DNA of 61,702 bases, counting the filler, from Chthonomonadaceae bacterium (lineage in GTDB: Bacteria; Armatimonadota; Chthonomonadetes; Chthonomonadales; Chthonomonadaceae): assembly GCA_035650735.1 (NCBI GenBank). It is 4 parts of 4 records of this genome, joined end to end, with 100 filler letters (N's around TTAATTAATTAA, not from the genome) between each part and the next. Parts side by side here need not be neighbours in the genome. Positions count along the whole stretch, not along the records: positions 14,204 to 29,285 come from DASRGZ010000091.1; positions 29,386 to 47,521 come from DASRGZ010000092.1; 2 more parts are not named here. One strand, 5' to 3'. A program made the position numbers and the translations under genes. How positions within the stretch are numbered: position 1 is the stretch's first letter; every line of letters starts with the position of its first letter. The notes under the pieces were generated by a model. It ran no database searches and was not told the origin of the DNA. It worked only from the letters and a program-made list of their open reading frames with translations. This document shows, one piece after another, positions 29,033-37,152 of the stretch.

Positions 29033-29080
29033 CGGCGACACGGCAGGAACAGCTAATGTCCCTGCCGTGTCGCTGTTTTT
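29033..29080 (+). terminator. Intrinsic terminator
   Basis: CGGCGACACGGCAGGAACA-GCTAA-TGTCCCTGCCGTGTCGCTG followed by TTTTT. Confidence 0.85.
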
Positions 29081-29156
29081 CCCCTACAAACTAATATCCA
29101 ATCCGGTGAATTTCTTCCCATATGCGCTGCACCTTGAGGTAGCCATACGATAAGTA

Positions 29157-29259
29157 ACCCAAGTTGCTACCTAGGAACACGTTTGAGAGAGAATCGCTCT
29201 GGAAACCGGCTTTTGCATCACCGTTTGCCTTCTCGAAGAGGCAAGGTAGCAACTTGAGT
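29157..29259. mobile_element. MITE (103 bp) with 16-bp TIRs and 6-bp target duplication
   Basis: ACCCAAGTTGCTACCT / AGGTAGCAACTTGAGT (1 mismatch); TAAGTA at 29151-29156 and 29260-29265. Confidence 0.8.
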
Positions 29260-29285
29260 TAAGTATTCCATCGGACTTGATATAA

Positions 29286-29385
29286 NNNNNNNNNNNNNNN
29301 NNNNNNNNNNNNNNNNNNNNNNNNNNNNNTTAATTAATTAANNNNNNNNNNNNNNNNNNNNNNNNNNNNNNNNNNNNNNNNNNNN
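29286..29385. other. Artificial contig linker
   Basis: N-run + TTAATTAATTAA + N-run. Confidence 0.97.
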
Positions 29386-29523
29386 GCTCTGTTTGGCTCT
29401 GTGCGGCGCAGAAAGTGCTACATAGAGCAGCGGGCTATCCTCTAAAGCAGGCTGAACCGACTTGTTGCTCGCCTTATGGGTAGCTGTTGTCGCTAGAGGC
29501 TGGTGAAAAGTGCATAACACGCT

Positions 29524-30465
29524 CTAGGCCGACAGGCGTATCACTTGCGACCGGGGCACCAGCAGCCCCTCATCGCTGACGTCAAAGCGACGGCGCACAT
29601 AGGCTCGGCCTGCCAGCATCGCCCGCAGTCGGTTGAGGCCCAGATGTCGGCGTCGGCCCCGCAGCAGGTTGAGCAGCACCTGCCGAAAGAGCCGACCGTA
29701 TAGCTGCTTCAGATAGGAGCGCGCGCCCGCTCCATAGGGAGCCAGCAGCAGCTTCTCATGGACGGCGCCCACCGCGAAGTTGCCCTGCTGTTGGAGCCGC
29801 TTGCCTGCCTCCCCGGGACGCACTCCATAGGTATGCACGACGGAGGCAATGGGCGCCGAGAGCAGGTACAGGCCGTGGGCTAATACCCGTAACTGGTAAT
29901 CGGTTTCCTCACCACTGGGTATCAGGGGCGAGCCGGCGCCCAGCGTGGTATCAAACGGCCCCACGACCTCAAAGGCCCTTCGTCGCAGGCTCATGTTGGC
30001 TCCAATGCCCACCCCCTGGTCGGCGGCCAACGCCTGCCAGGTATACCGCTGCACACGCTCTACCGGATGGGTCGGGCAAAACCCCGTTCCCGGATCGTAA
30101 CCGGCAGGAGCCACCACCGGGCCAAACACCATATCGGCTTCCCCGCCGGCAAACACCGCCTGGAGGTCGGCCAGCCAGTCAGGGGTCGGCTGACAGTCGT
30201 CGTCGGTAAAGGCGACAATCTCCGCCCGACTGGCCTCCAGACCGGCATTCCTGGCCTGGCTGAGCCCACGCGTGGAGAGGGGCAGGTGGCGCAGGCGGGG
30301 GTCGTGCAGGGAGGCTAGCAAGTCGGCGATGGCGTTGTCGTGGCTCTGATCCACCACGATCAGTTCCCAATCCTGATAAGTCTGCTCAAGCAGGCTCTGG
30401 AGGGTATCCGGTAGGGTCTGGGCACGGGTGGCCCCGATAACGACGGAAATCCCAGGCATGATCAA
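29524..30465 (-). CDS. Glycosyltransferase family 2
   Basis: ISVVI, ELIVVDQS, GLSQARNAG, AFTDDDC, GANMS, GEETD. Confidence 0.93.
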   Translation of the reverse strand: MIMPGISVVIGATRAQTLPDTLQSLLEQTYQDWELIVVDQSHDNAIADLLASLHDPRLRHLPLSTRGLSQARNAGLEASRAEIVAFTDDDCQPTPDWLADLQAVFAGGEADMVFGPVVAPAGYDPGTGFCPTHPVERVQRYTWQALAADQGVGIGANMSLRRRAFEVVGPFDTTLGAGSPLIPSGEETDYQLRVLAHGLYLLSAPIASVVHTYGVRPGEAGKRLQQQGNFAVGAVHEKLLLAPYGAGARSYLKQLYGRLFRQVLLNLLRGRRRHLGLNRLRAMLAGRAYVRRRFDVSDEGLLVPRSQVIRLSA

Positions 30466-30474
30466 CTCCTCTCC

Positions 30475-31701
30475 TTACTCCTGTGGAGCGCTGGCAGGCG
30501 CGGGCGGGCTGTCGGCGGGCGTGCTCTGGGGCATCCTGGCCTCACCCGATGAGAGCAGCGCCTGGGCAGTATGGGGCCAATAGATCTGGGCGTAGCGCTC
30601 CACCATGCGCCTGTCGCTAAACTCCTCATAAGCGCGGGCGCGGGCCGCTTCGCCCAGACGCCGGCGCAGGGCCGGATCGTCGCGCAAGCGCCGGATCGCT
30701 TCTGCCAGTGCATCCGGCGCACGCACGGGAACCAGCAGGCCGGTCTTGCCGTCGGCTACCGTGTCGGGAATGCCGCCGACTGCCGTGCCGATGCTGGGCA
30801 CGCCATACAAAGCGGCTTCAATAAAGACCAGCCCGAAGCTCTCCATGTGGGAAGGCAGAGCAAACACGTCCGACGCTGCATAAATGACGCCGATATCCAG
30901 AACGCGGCCCAGGAAGCAGGCACGGTCCCCGAGCTGGCGGCGTGCCTGCGCTTCTAGATCGGCCTGCGCCGGTCCCTCTCCGGCGAGGACAAGGCGGATC
31001 TCGTGGCGCGGGTCGGGGATACGGGCTACGGCCTCGATCAGCTCGGCAAGGCCCTTTTCAGGGATGAGCCGCGCGACGGCGCTGAGGACAAACGCATCCG
31101 GCGGCAAGCCCAGGCGCGATCTCGCCTCGGCACGGGACGGAGGCGCCTGGGGAACCGGCACGCCGTTGGGTACAAGGTATACTTTGGAGGCGGGAACGCC
31201 GGCCTCCACTAAAACTTGACGGAGCGCGTCGCTGGGAACGGTCACGGCATGGCTGAGCCAGGCACTGAGGCGCATTGCCTGCCGCTGGCGCGCATCGGTG
31301 AGCGGACTGGCGTTGTGGAGGGTCAGGATACAGCGCTTGCGGCCCGCCGCGCGCACCGCCATCACGTCCTTAAAGGAAGCGTAGTTGCCGCCATAATGCA
31401 GGTGGACCACGCCGGCGCTGCTGGCACGAACCAACCGGCGCAGCGACGCCATGTCCTGCCGGGTGCGCGGCGCCTCCAGGGGCCGCATCGCCGCGCTGGC
31501 TTCAGCCTGGACGCCCTCCTGCCGGAACCACTCCAGGGTCTGCTCAACGCCGGGCACGGCGGCCAGAACGGTCTGAACGGCTATGCCCCGGCGGATCAGC
31601 CCCCGCGCCAGCGTCAGCAGGATTCGCTCCGAACCCCCGATGCCGTGCTGCGGGCTCAATAAGAGGACTTTGGGCTCCAGTCGTTGTGTGTTCACGGGCA
31701 C
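30475..31701 (-). CDS. Glycosyltransferase family 4
   Basis: GGSER, VPNGV, ARLIPEKG, PSHMESFGLVFIEA, GGIPD. Confidence 0.93.
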   Translation of the reverse strand: MPVNTQRLEPKVLLLSPQHGIGGSERILLTLARGLIRRGIAVQTVLAAVPGVEQTLEWFRQEGVQAEASAAMRPLEAPRTRQDMASLRRLVRASSAGVVHLHYGGNYASFKDVMAVRAAGRKRCILTLHNASPLTDARQRQAMRLSAWLSHAVTVPSDALRQVLVEAGVPASKVYLVPNGVPVPQAPPSRAEARSRLGLPPDAFVLSAVARLIPEKGLAELIEAVARIPDPRHEIRLVLAGEGPAQADLEAQARRQLGDRACFLGRVLDIGVIYAASDVFALPSHMESFGLVFIEAALYGVPSIGTAVGGIPDTVADGKTGLLVPVRAPDALAEAIRRLRDDPALRRRLGEAARARAYEEFSDRRMVERYAQIYWPHTAQALLSSGEARMPQSTPADSPPAPASAPQE

Positions 31702-31930
31702 TATTTCCGGTAAAGCCAGCCTCGCCGACGTTACAGCCGGTTGTTGCTATGGCATTGTTGCAGGAACGCAAGCAAATCTATTAAATATAGGCTAAAAAAG
31801 CCCTGCCTTTGGACTTCGATTCCCCAGGCATCTTCTCCTGCCCGTTGCCGCTAACAGCCAACGCAGGGGAAAGCGGCGACGGAATCGAAACAGCAGGGCG
31901 CTAAGCAGATTTTGGAAGGAAGAAGTAGCC

Positions 31931-32833
31931 ATGAAACTGGTTCGTTTTGAGCATGAGCAGCGCATTGCGCTGGGCACGGTCGCAGACGAGGGCGCGGCGG
32001 TCGTGGATTTGCCGCGGGCGGCGGCGCTATCCGGTGGGGCGGAGGCAGTCATGCGCTTCCCGGCTTCCATGACGGCGTTTCTGGCGCGCGGCGCCGAGGG
32101 AATGGCCGACGCCGCGAAGATGCTGGCTCAGGCCCCGCAGGAAGCGCGGCTGCCGCTATCGGCGGTACGCCTGCTCGCTCCGGTGGGCGATCCGCCCAAG
32201 ATCATTTGCATCGGCCAGAACTATCGCGATCACTGTGAAGAGCAGAATCAGCCCATCCCGGAGCGCGCCATTCTCTTTTCAAAGTACGCGACCGCTCTGA
32301 ACAACCCCGGCGGCGCCATCGTTCTGCCCCGCCTCTCCACGCAGGTAGACTACGAGGCGGAGCTTGCGTTTGCCATCGGCGGGCCGGGCGGCGGCGGGCG
32401 CGACATCCCGCAAGCCGAGGCGATGCGGCACGTGGCCGGCTATATGTGCGCCAACGATGTTTCCGCCCGCGATATTCAGTATGGCGACAAGCAGTGGGTA
32501 CGCGGCAAGACCTTCGATACCTTCTTTCCTACCGGGCCCTACCTGGTCACTGCCGACGAAATCCCCGACCCGCACGCCCTGGACATCTCCCTGACCCTCA
32601 ACGGCCAGACCATGCAGCGCTCCAACACCTCCAACCTGATCTTCAATGTCCCGTTCCTGGTTTCCTACCTGTCCCAGGTAATGACTCTCCAGCCCGGCGA
32701 CATTGTTTCGACGGGGACGCCGGGGGGCGTGGGTGTCTTCCGCAAGCCGCCCGTGTTCCTCAAGCCGGGCGACCTCGTTTCCGTGACGATCTCCGGGCTC
32801 GGCACGCTGACCAATCCGGTTATCGCGTCCTAG
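31931..32833 (+). CDS. Fumarylacetoacetate hydrolase family protein
   Basis: KIICIGQNYRDH, DYEAEL, NDVSARD, GKTFDTF, TGTPGGVG. Confidence 0.95.
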   Translation: MKLVRFEHEQRIALGTVADEGAAVVDLPRAAALSGGAEAVMRFPASMTAFLARGAEGMADAAKMLAQAPQEARLPLSAVRLLAPVGDPPKIICIGQNYRDHCEEQNQPIPERAILFSKYATALNNPGGAIVLPRLSTQVDYEAELAFAIGGPGGGGRDIPQAEAMRHVAGYMCANDVSARDIQYGDKQWVRGKTFDTFFPTGPYLVTADEIPDPHALDISLTLNGQTMQRSNTSNLIFNVPFLVSYLSQVMTLQPGDIVSTGTPGGVGVFRKPPVFLKPGDLVSVTISGLGTLTNPVIAS

Positions 32834-32974
32834 CCGCCTGCGCGGTAATTGTATGGTCTGCCGGCGCTCCCAGACTTTAGGGGCGAACAGCCCTGCCGGG
32901 GATCTGCTTGCCGATTTGCGGTACCGTATGGTTTATCAGCGTATCCAAACTTTGGGAGGCAAGTTTGCAGGGCA

Positions 32975-33976
32975 ATGCGTCTTTTAGGTAAATCTCGGAG
33001 CAAGGGAGTCTGCGGATTCCTGGCTTTGATAATGCTTATCATTGGAGGTATTGCCATGCGTTTCCTGCCTCCCGGAACGAAAGAACGCCTGGATGCTATC
33101 GGCCCGACCGCCGGGCTGCCGGAGCCGGTGCGGCGTGCGCTGGAGCCACGCGAGGCGTTTGCGCCCCTGCCGCCGCCCGGCCCGCACGACTGGCTGGCCA
33201 ACCACCCGGAGCCAGGCCAGTCCTTTGAGGATTTCCTGCGCTCCCGACCGAACCGGCCAGACGCCCGCCGGCACAAGCTCTATCTGCAGCCGCTCGGCCA
33301 GTTCGCGCCCGGAGATAGCCCGCCTCTGGAGAAGCTGCGGCAGTTTGCCGCCGCCTTCTTTAGGATGGAGGTCGAGGTCTTGCCGCCGCTGGATCTGGCC
33401 TCCAGCCACATCACCACGCGGCGCAATTCCGCCACCGGCAAAACCCAGCTTTTGACTGGCGACATCCTGGCGCTGCTACAGCGGCGGCTGCCCGACGATG
33501 CCTTCGCTCTGCTGGGCATCACGATGGAAGACCTCTACCCGGACCCGGCGTGGAACTTTGTGTTCGGGCAGGCGTCGCTGCGCTACCGCGTCGGGGTCTA
33601 CAGCTTTGCCCGCTACGATCCGCGCTTCTTTAACGAGAAGCCCCCCGCCAATTGGCGGCAGATCCTGCTGCGGCGCAGTTGCAAGGTGCTGGCCCATGAG
33701 ACCGGGCATATGTTCGGCATCGCCCACTGCGTCTACTTCCACTGCCTGATGAACGGGTCCAACCACCTGGCCGAGAGCGACGCCCGTCCGATGCATCTGT
33801 GTCCGGTGGACCTGCACAAGCTCTACTACAGCGTGGGCTTTGATGTGGTGGAGCGATACCGCCGCCTGCGCGATTTCTGCCAGAATGCTGGCTTTGAGGA
33901 GGAGGCGCGCTGGCTGAATGGACAACTCCATTATATCGCCGCAGGCCCTCCGGTAACTCATACCCCGGTACGATAA
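32975..33976 (+). CDS. Archaemetzincin-like (M54) zinc metalloprotease
   Basis: WNFVFGQA, HETGHMFGIAHC, CLMNGSN, LCPV; alternative start ATG 33056 with GGAGGT RBS. Confidence 0.9.
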   Translation: MRLLGKSRSKGVCGFLALIMLIIGGIAMRFLPPGTKERLDAIGPTAGLPEPVRRALEPREAFAPLPPPGPHDWLANHPEPGQSFEDFLRSRPNRPDARRHKLYLQPLGQFAPGDSPPLEKLRQFAAAFFRMEVEVLPPLDLASSHITTRRNSATGKTQLLTGDILALLQRRLPDDAFALLGITMEDLYPDPAWNFVFGQASLRYRVGVYSFARYDPRFFNEKPPANWRQILLRRSCKVLAHETGHMFGIAHCVYFHCLMNGSNHLAESDARPMHLCPVDLHKLYYSVGFDVVERYRRLRDFCQNAGFEEEARWLNGQLHYIAAGPPVTHTPVR

Positions 33977-34125
33977 AGCTGCTTGCACAGGAGAGGCTAT
34001 GGCCCACATTGATGTCAGAAGGAAACCACGATATGCTACAATGACACGCCATGCAGGAGCTTCCTCGTCCAAAATGGAATGAGAACAGAGCTGCGCAGAT
34101 ATATCTTCGGAAGGGACAAGAGGCA

Positions 34126-35733
34126 ATGACGCAAGAGGCGGTTGCGCCGGAATATGAGTTGGGACAGGTGGCGATTTTGCTGCGCGAGGGCGATGATGTG
34201 GCCGTCGCCAAGCAGAAGCTCAAAGGCGGGACGATTATTCTAAATGACGGCAGAGCCGTGCGCCTGCGGGCGGACGTGCCTCCCGGCCATAAGTTCGCGC
34301 TGCGCGAGGTGGCGGAGGGCGAGCCGGTGCGCAAGTTCGGGCAGATTATCGGCTACGCGACGGCGGGCATCCGTCCTGGCGACTGGGTGCACACGCGCAA
34401 CCTGGGCTTCGGCAAGGGTGAGGGAGAGGGCGAAGGCGCGCTGCACCTGGAGTATGAATACAGCACCGACGTTCCCACGGTGGACTACTACGGCCCCGAA
34501 CAGCAGCGCACCTTCCCCGGCTACGCTCGTCCCGATGGGCGCGTCGGCACGCGCAATTACGTCGCCCTTATCTCTACGGTCAACTGCTCCGCCTCCACCG
34601 TCCAGGCCATCGCCGACAGGTTCCGCAGCCCGGAGGCCCTGCGCGACTTTCCCGGCGTGGACGGCGTCATGGCCGTGACGCACAAGAGCGGCTGCGGGCA
34701 GCATCTCGGCGGGCCGGACTACGTTCAGCTTCAGCGCACGCTGGCGGGCATGGCCGACCATCCCAACGTCGCTGGCTATCTGCTGGCGGGCCTGGGCTGC
34801 GAGGTCAATCAATCGCTGGCGCTGGCGCAGAACCAGGGGCTAATCAAAGCCGAGCAGATACGCGCTGGACGCCCGCAACTGCCGCCGGTCGTCGTCATTC
34901 AGGAGGCAGGCGGCATCCGCAAGGCCATCAATCGTGGCGTCGAGGAGACGCTGAAGCTGCTCAAAAAGGCCAGCGAGGCCAGGCGGACGCCGCAGCCGCT
35001 CTCCGGCCTGATTGTCGGCACCAACTGCGGCGGCAGCGACGGCAACTCCGGCATCACTGCTAACCCGGCGCTTGGCATGGCGGGCGACGAGTTCGTGCGG
35101 CACGGCGCGGGTTGGGTGCTGGCCGAAACCACCGAGACCTACGGCGCAGAACACCTCCTCACGCGCCGCGCCGTCTCCCGCGCGGTCGGCGAGAAGCTGG
35201 TGGCGCTGATGCGCTGGTGGGAGTGGTACACCGGCATCTTCGGGGCGACCATTGACGCCAACCCGGCTCCCGGCAACAAAGAGGGCGGCCTGACGACCAT
35301 CTATGAGAAGTCGCTAGGCGCGGTCGCCAAAGGCGGCACGATGCCGCTGGTGGAGGTCTACAAATACGCCGAGCGTATTGATAAGAAGGGCTTCACCTTC
35401 ATGGATACGCCGGGCCACGATCCGGTTTCGGTGACGGGCCTGGTGGCGGGCGGCTGCAACCTCGTCGCCTTCACGACCGGGCGCGGCTCCTGCCTGGGCT
35501 TTAAGCCCGCGCCCGTCCTCAAGATCGCCACCAACTCCGCGCTCTATGCCCGCATGGAGGACGACATGGACATAGACGCGGGCGTTATCTTGAGCGGCGT
35601 GCCGATTGCCGACGTGGGCCGCCAGATTTTCGAGGCGCTGGTAGCGGTCGCCGGAGGGCAAAAGACCAAAAGCGAGGCGCAGGGCCTGGGCGAGGCGGAG
35701 TTTGCGCCCTGGATGCTCGGCCCCGTGATGTGA
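34126..35733 (+). CDS. uxaA: UxaA/GarD family altronate/galactarate dehydratase with SAF domain
   Basis: GHKFAL, VHTRN, VGTRNY, TVNCS, LGCE, CGGSDG, GNKEGGLTTIYEKSLG, FTTGRG. Confidence 0.92.
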   Translation: MTQEAVAPEYELGQVAILLREGDDVAVAKQKLKGGTIILNDGRAVRLRADVPPGHKFALREVAEGEPVRKFGQIIGYATAGIRPGDWVHTRNLGFGKGEGEGEGALHLEYEYSTDVPTVDYYGPEQQRTFPGYARPDGRVGTRNYVALISTVNCSASTVQAIADRFRSPEALRDFPGVDGVMAVTHKSGCGQHLGGPDYVQLQRTLAGMADHPNVAGYLLAGLGCEVNQSLALAQNQGLIKAEQIRAGRPQLPPVVVIQEAGGIRKAINRGVEETLKLLKKASEARRTPQPLSGLIVGTNCGGSDGNSGITANPALGMAGDEFVRHGAGWVLAETTETYGAEHLLTRRAVSRAVGEKLVALMRWWEWYTGIFGATIDANPAPGNKEGGLTTIYEKSLGAVAKGGTMPLVEVYKYAERIDKKGFTFMDTPGHDPVSVTGLVAGGCNLVAFTTGRGSCLGFKPAPVLKIATNSALYARMEDDMDIDAGVILSGVPIADVGRQIFEALVAVAGGQKTKSEAQGLGEAEFAPWMLGPVM

Positions 35734-35741
35734 AAACTTCA

Positions 35742-35780
35742 ACAGGATTAACGGGATTTCTCAGGATTTACAGGATTACG
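35742..35780 (+). repeat. Short (C)AGGATT(T/A) tandem repeats
   Basis: ACAGGATTA ACGGGATTT CTCAGGATTT ACAGGATTA. Confidence 0.6.
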
Positions 35781-35856
35781 GACACAGACAAGAGACAGGA
35801 GTCTTCTAGTCAAAAGTTAAAAGAAGCTCGGAAGGTCCTCTTTATGGGCGGCGGCT

Positions 35857-36912
35857 TTGATGGCGGGTACGGAAGCCTTGACTAGGCAGGGGAGCAGCGC
35901 GAACGTCTGTATCCTGGGGGCAGGAAGCTGGGGGACGGCGCTGGCCACGCTGCTGGCCGATAATGGGCACGCCGTGCGGCTGTGGGCGCGGGATGCGGCG
36001 CTGGCGGAGGCGCTTTCGGCGGCACGGGAGAACCGGCGCTACCTGCCCGGCATTCCGCTGCCAGAGGCCGTCGCGCCAACCGCCGATATAGAGACGGCGC
36101 TGGCGGGCGCGGAGGTCGTCGTCTTTGCCGTGCCGAGCGGGGCCGTGCGGCAGGTAGCGCGGGAAGCGGCCCGCCACATCGCCTCCGAAGCGCTGCTTAT
36201 CTCCGCCGCCAAAGGGCTGGAGGAAGGCACCGGGGCACGGATGAGCCAGGTGCTCGCGGCGGAACTGCCGGGGTCGGAAGGGCGCACCATCGCGCTTTCC
36301 GGGCCGAACCTGGCCCTGGAGGTGGCGCGCGGCGTCCCGACGGCCAGCGTGGCAGCCTCGACCAACCCGGAGGCGGCGCGTGCGGCACAGCGTCTCTTTA
36401 TCGGGCAGCCGACGCCTACCTTCCGGGTCTATAGCGGGCGCGACGTGATCGGCGTGGAGTTTGGAGGAGCGATCAAGAACGTCATCGCCATCGGCGCCGG
36501 CATCTGCGACGGCCTGGGCTACGGCGATAACTCCAAAGCGGCCCTGATGACGCGTGGGCTGACGGAGGCGATCCGGCTGGGCGTGGCGCAGGGTGCGGAG
36601 GCGGCGACGTTCCTGGGGCTGTCCGGCGTTGGCGACCTGATCGCGACCGGGGCCAGCCGCCTCTCGCGCAACTACCGCGTCGGCTTCGCGCTGGGACAGG
36701 GCCGCGCGCTACCCGACATCCTTGCTGAGTTGGGCCAGGTAGCCGAGGGCGTGCCGACTACGCGCGTCCTCTGCGATCTGGCCGCGCGCTCCGGCGTGGA
36801 GATGCCTCTCTGCGCCGCCCTGCACGCCGTACTCTTTGCCCGTCGCGCTCCCCTCGCCGTGATCCGCGAACTTATGCTCCGCCCGCCCAAAGCCGAGCAT
36901 CCTGACGTGTGA
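35857..36912 (+). CDS. gpsA: NAD(P)H-dependent glycerol-3-phosphate dehydrogenase
   Basis: GAGSWGTALA, KGLE, SGPNLALEV, GGAIKNVIAI, GVGDLIAT..S..SRN, VAEGV. Confidence 0.96.
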   Translation: MMAGTEALTRQGSSANVCILGAGSWGTALATLLADNGHAVRLWARDAALAEALSAARENRRYLPGIPLPEAVAPTADIETALAGAEVVVFAVPSGAVRQVAREAARHIASEALLISAAKGLEEGTGARMSQVLAAELPGSEGRTIALSGPNLALEVARGVPTASVAASTNPEAARAAQRLFIGQPTPTFRVYSGRDVIGVEFGGAIKNVIAIGAGICDGLGYGDNSKAALMTRGLTEAIRLGVAQGAEAATFLGLSGVGDLIATGASRLSRNYRVGFALGQGRALPDILAELGQVAEGVPTTRVLCDLAARSGVEMPLCAALHAVLFARRAPLAVIRELMLRPPKAEHPDV

Positions 36913-36926
36913 AAGGCGACTAAAGA

Positions 36927-37128
36927 CCTCACCCCCCGGCCCCTCTCCTTCTCAAGGAGAGGGGAGGGGAGCAGCCCTCACCCCCTATCCCCCTCTCCCA
37001 CGCTGCGGGAGAGGGGAGACCTGACTTCTCCTCTCCCTTCTCCCTAGCAGGGAGAAGGGCCGGGGAGGAGGGGAGAACAAGGCTTCTGGGTTCCCCCTCT
37101 CCTAGAATTGGGACAGGGGTGAGGGCCA
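36927..37128. repeat. Intergenic C/G-run palindromic repeat cluster between convergent genes
   Basis: Several CCCTCACCCC...CCCTCTCC...GGAGAGGGG units. Confidence 0.85.
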
Positions 37129-37152
37129 CATGGAAAAACGGAACGGCCCTGG

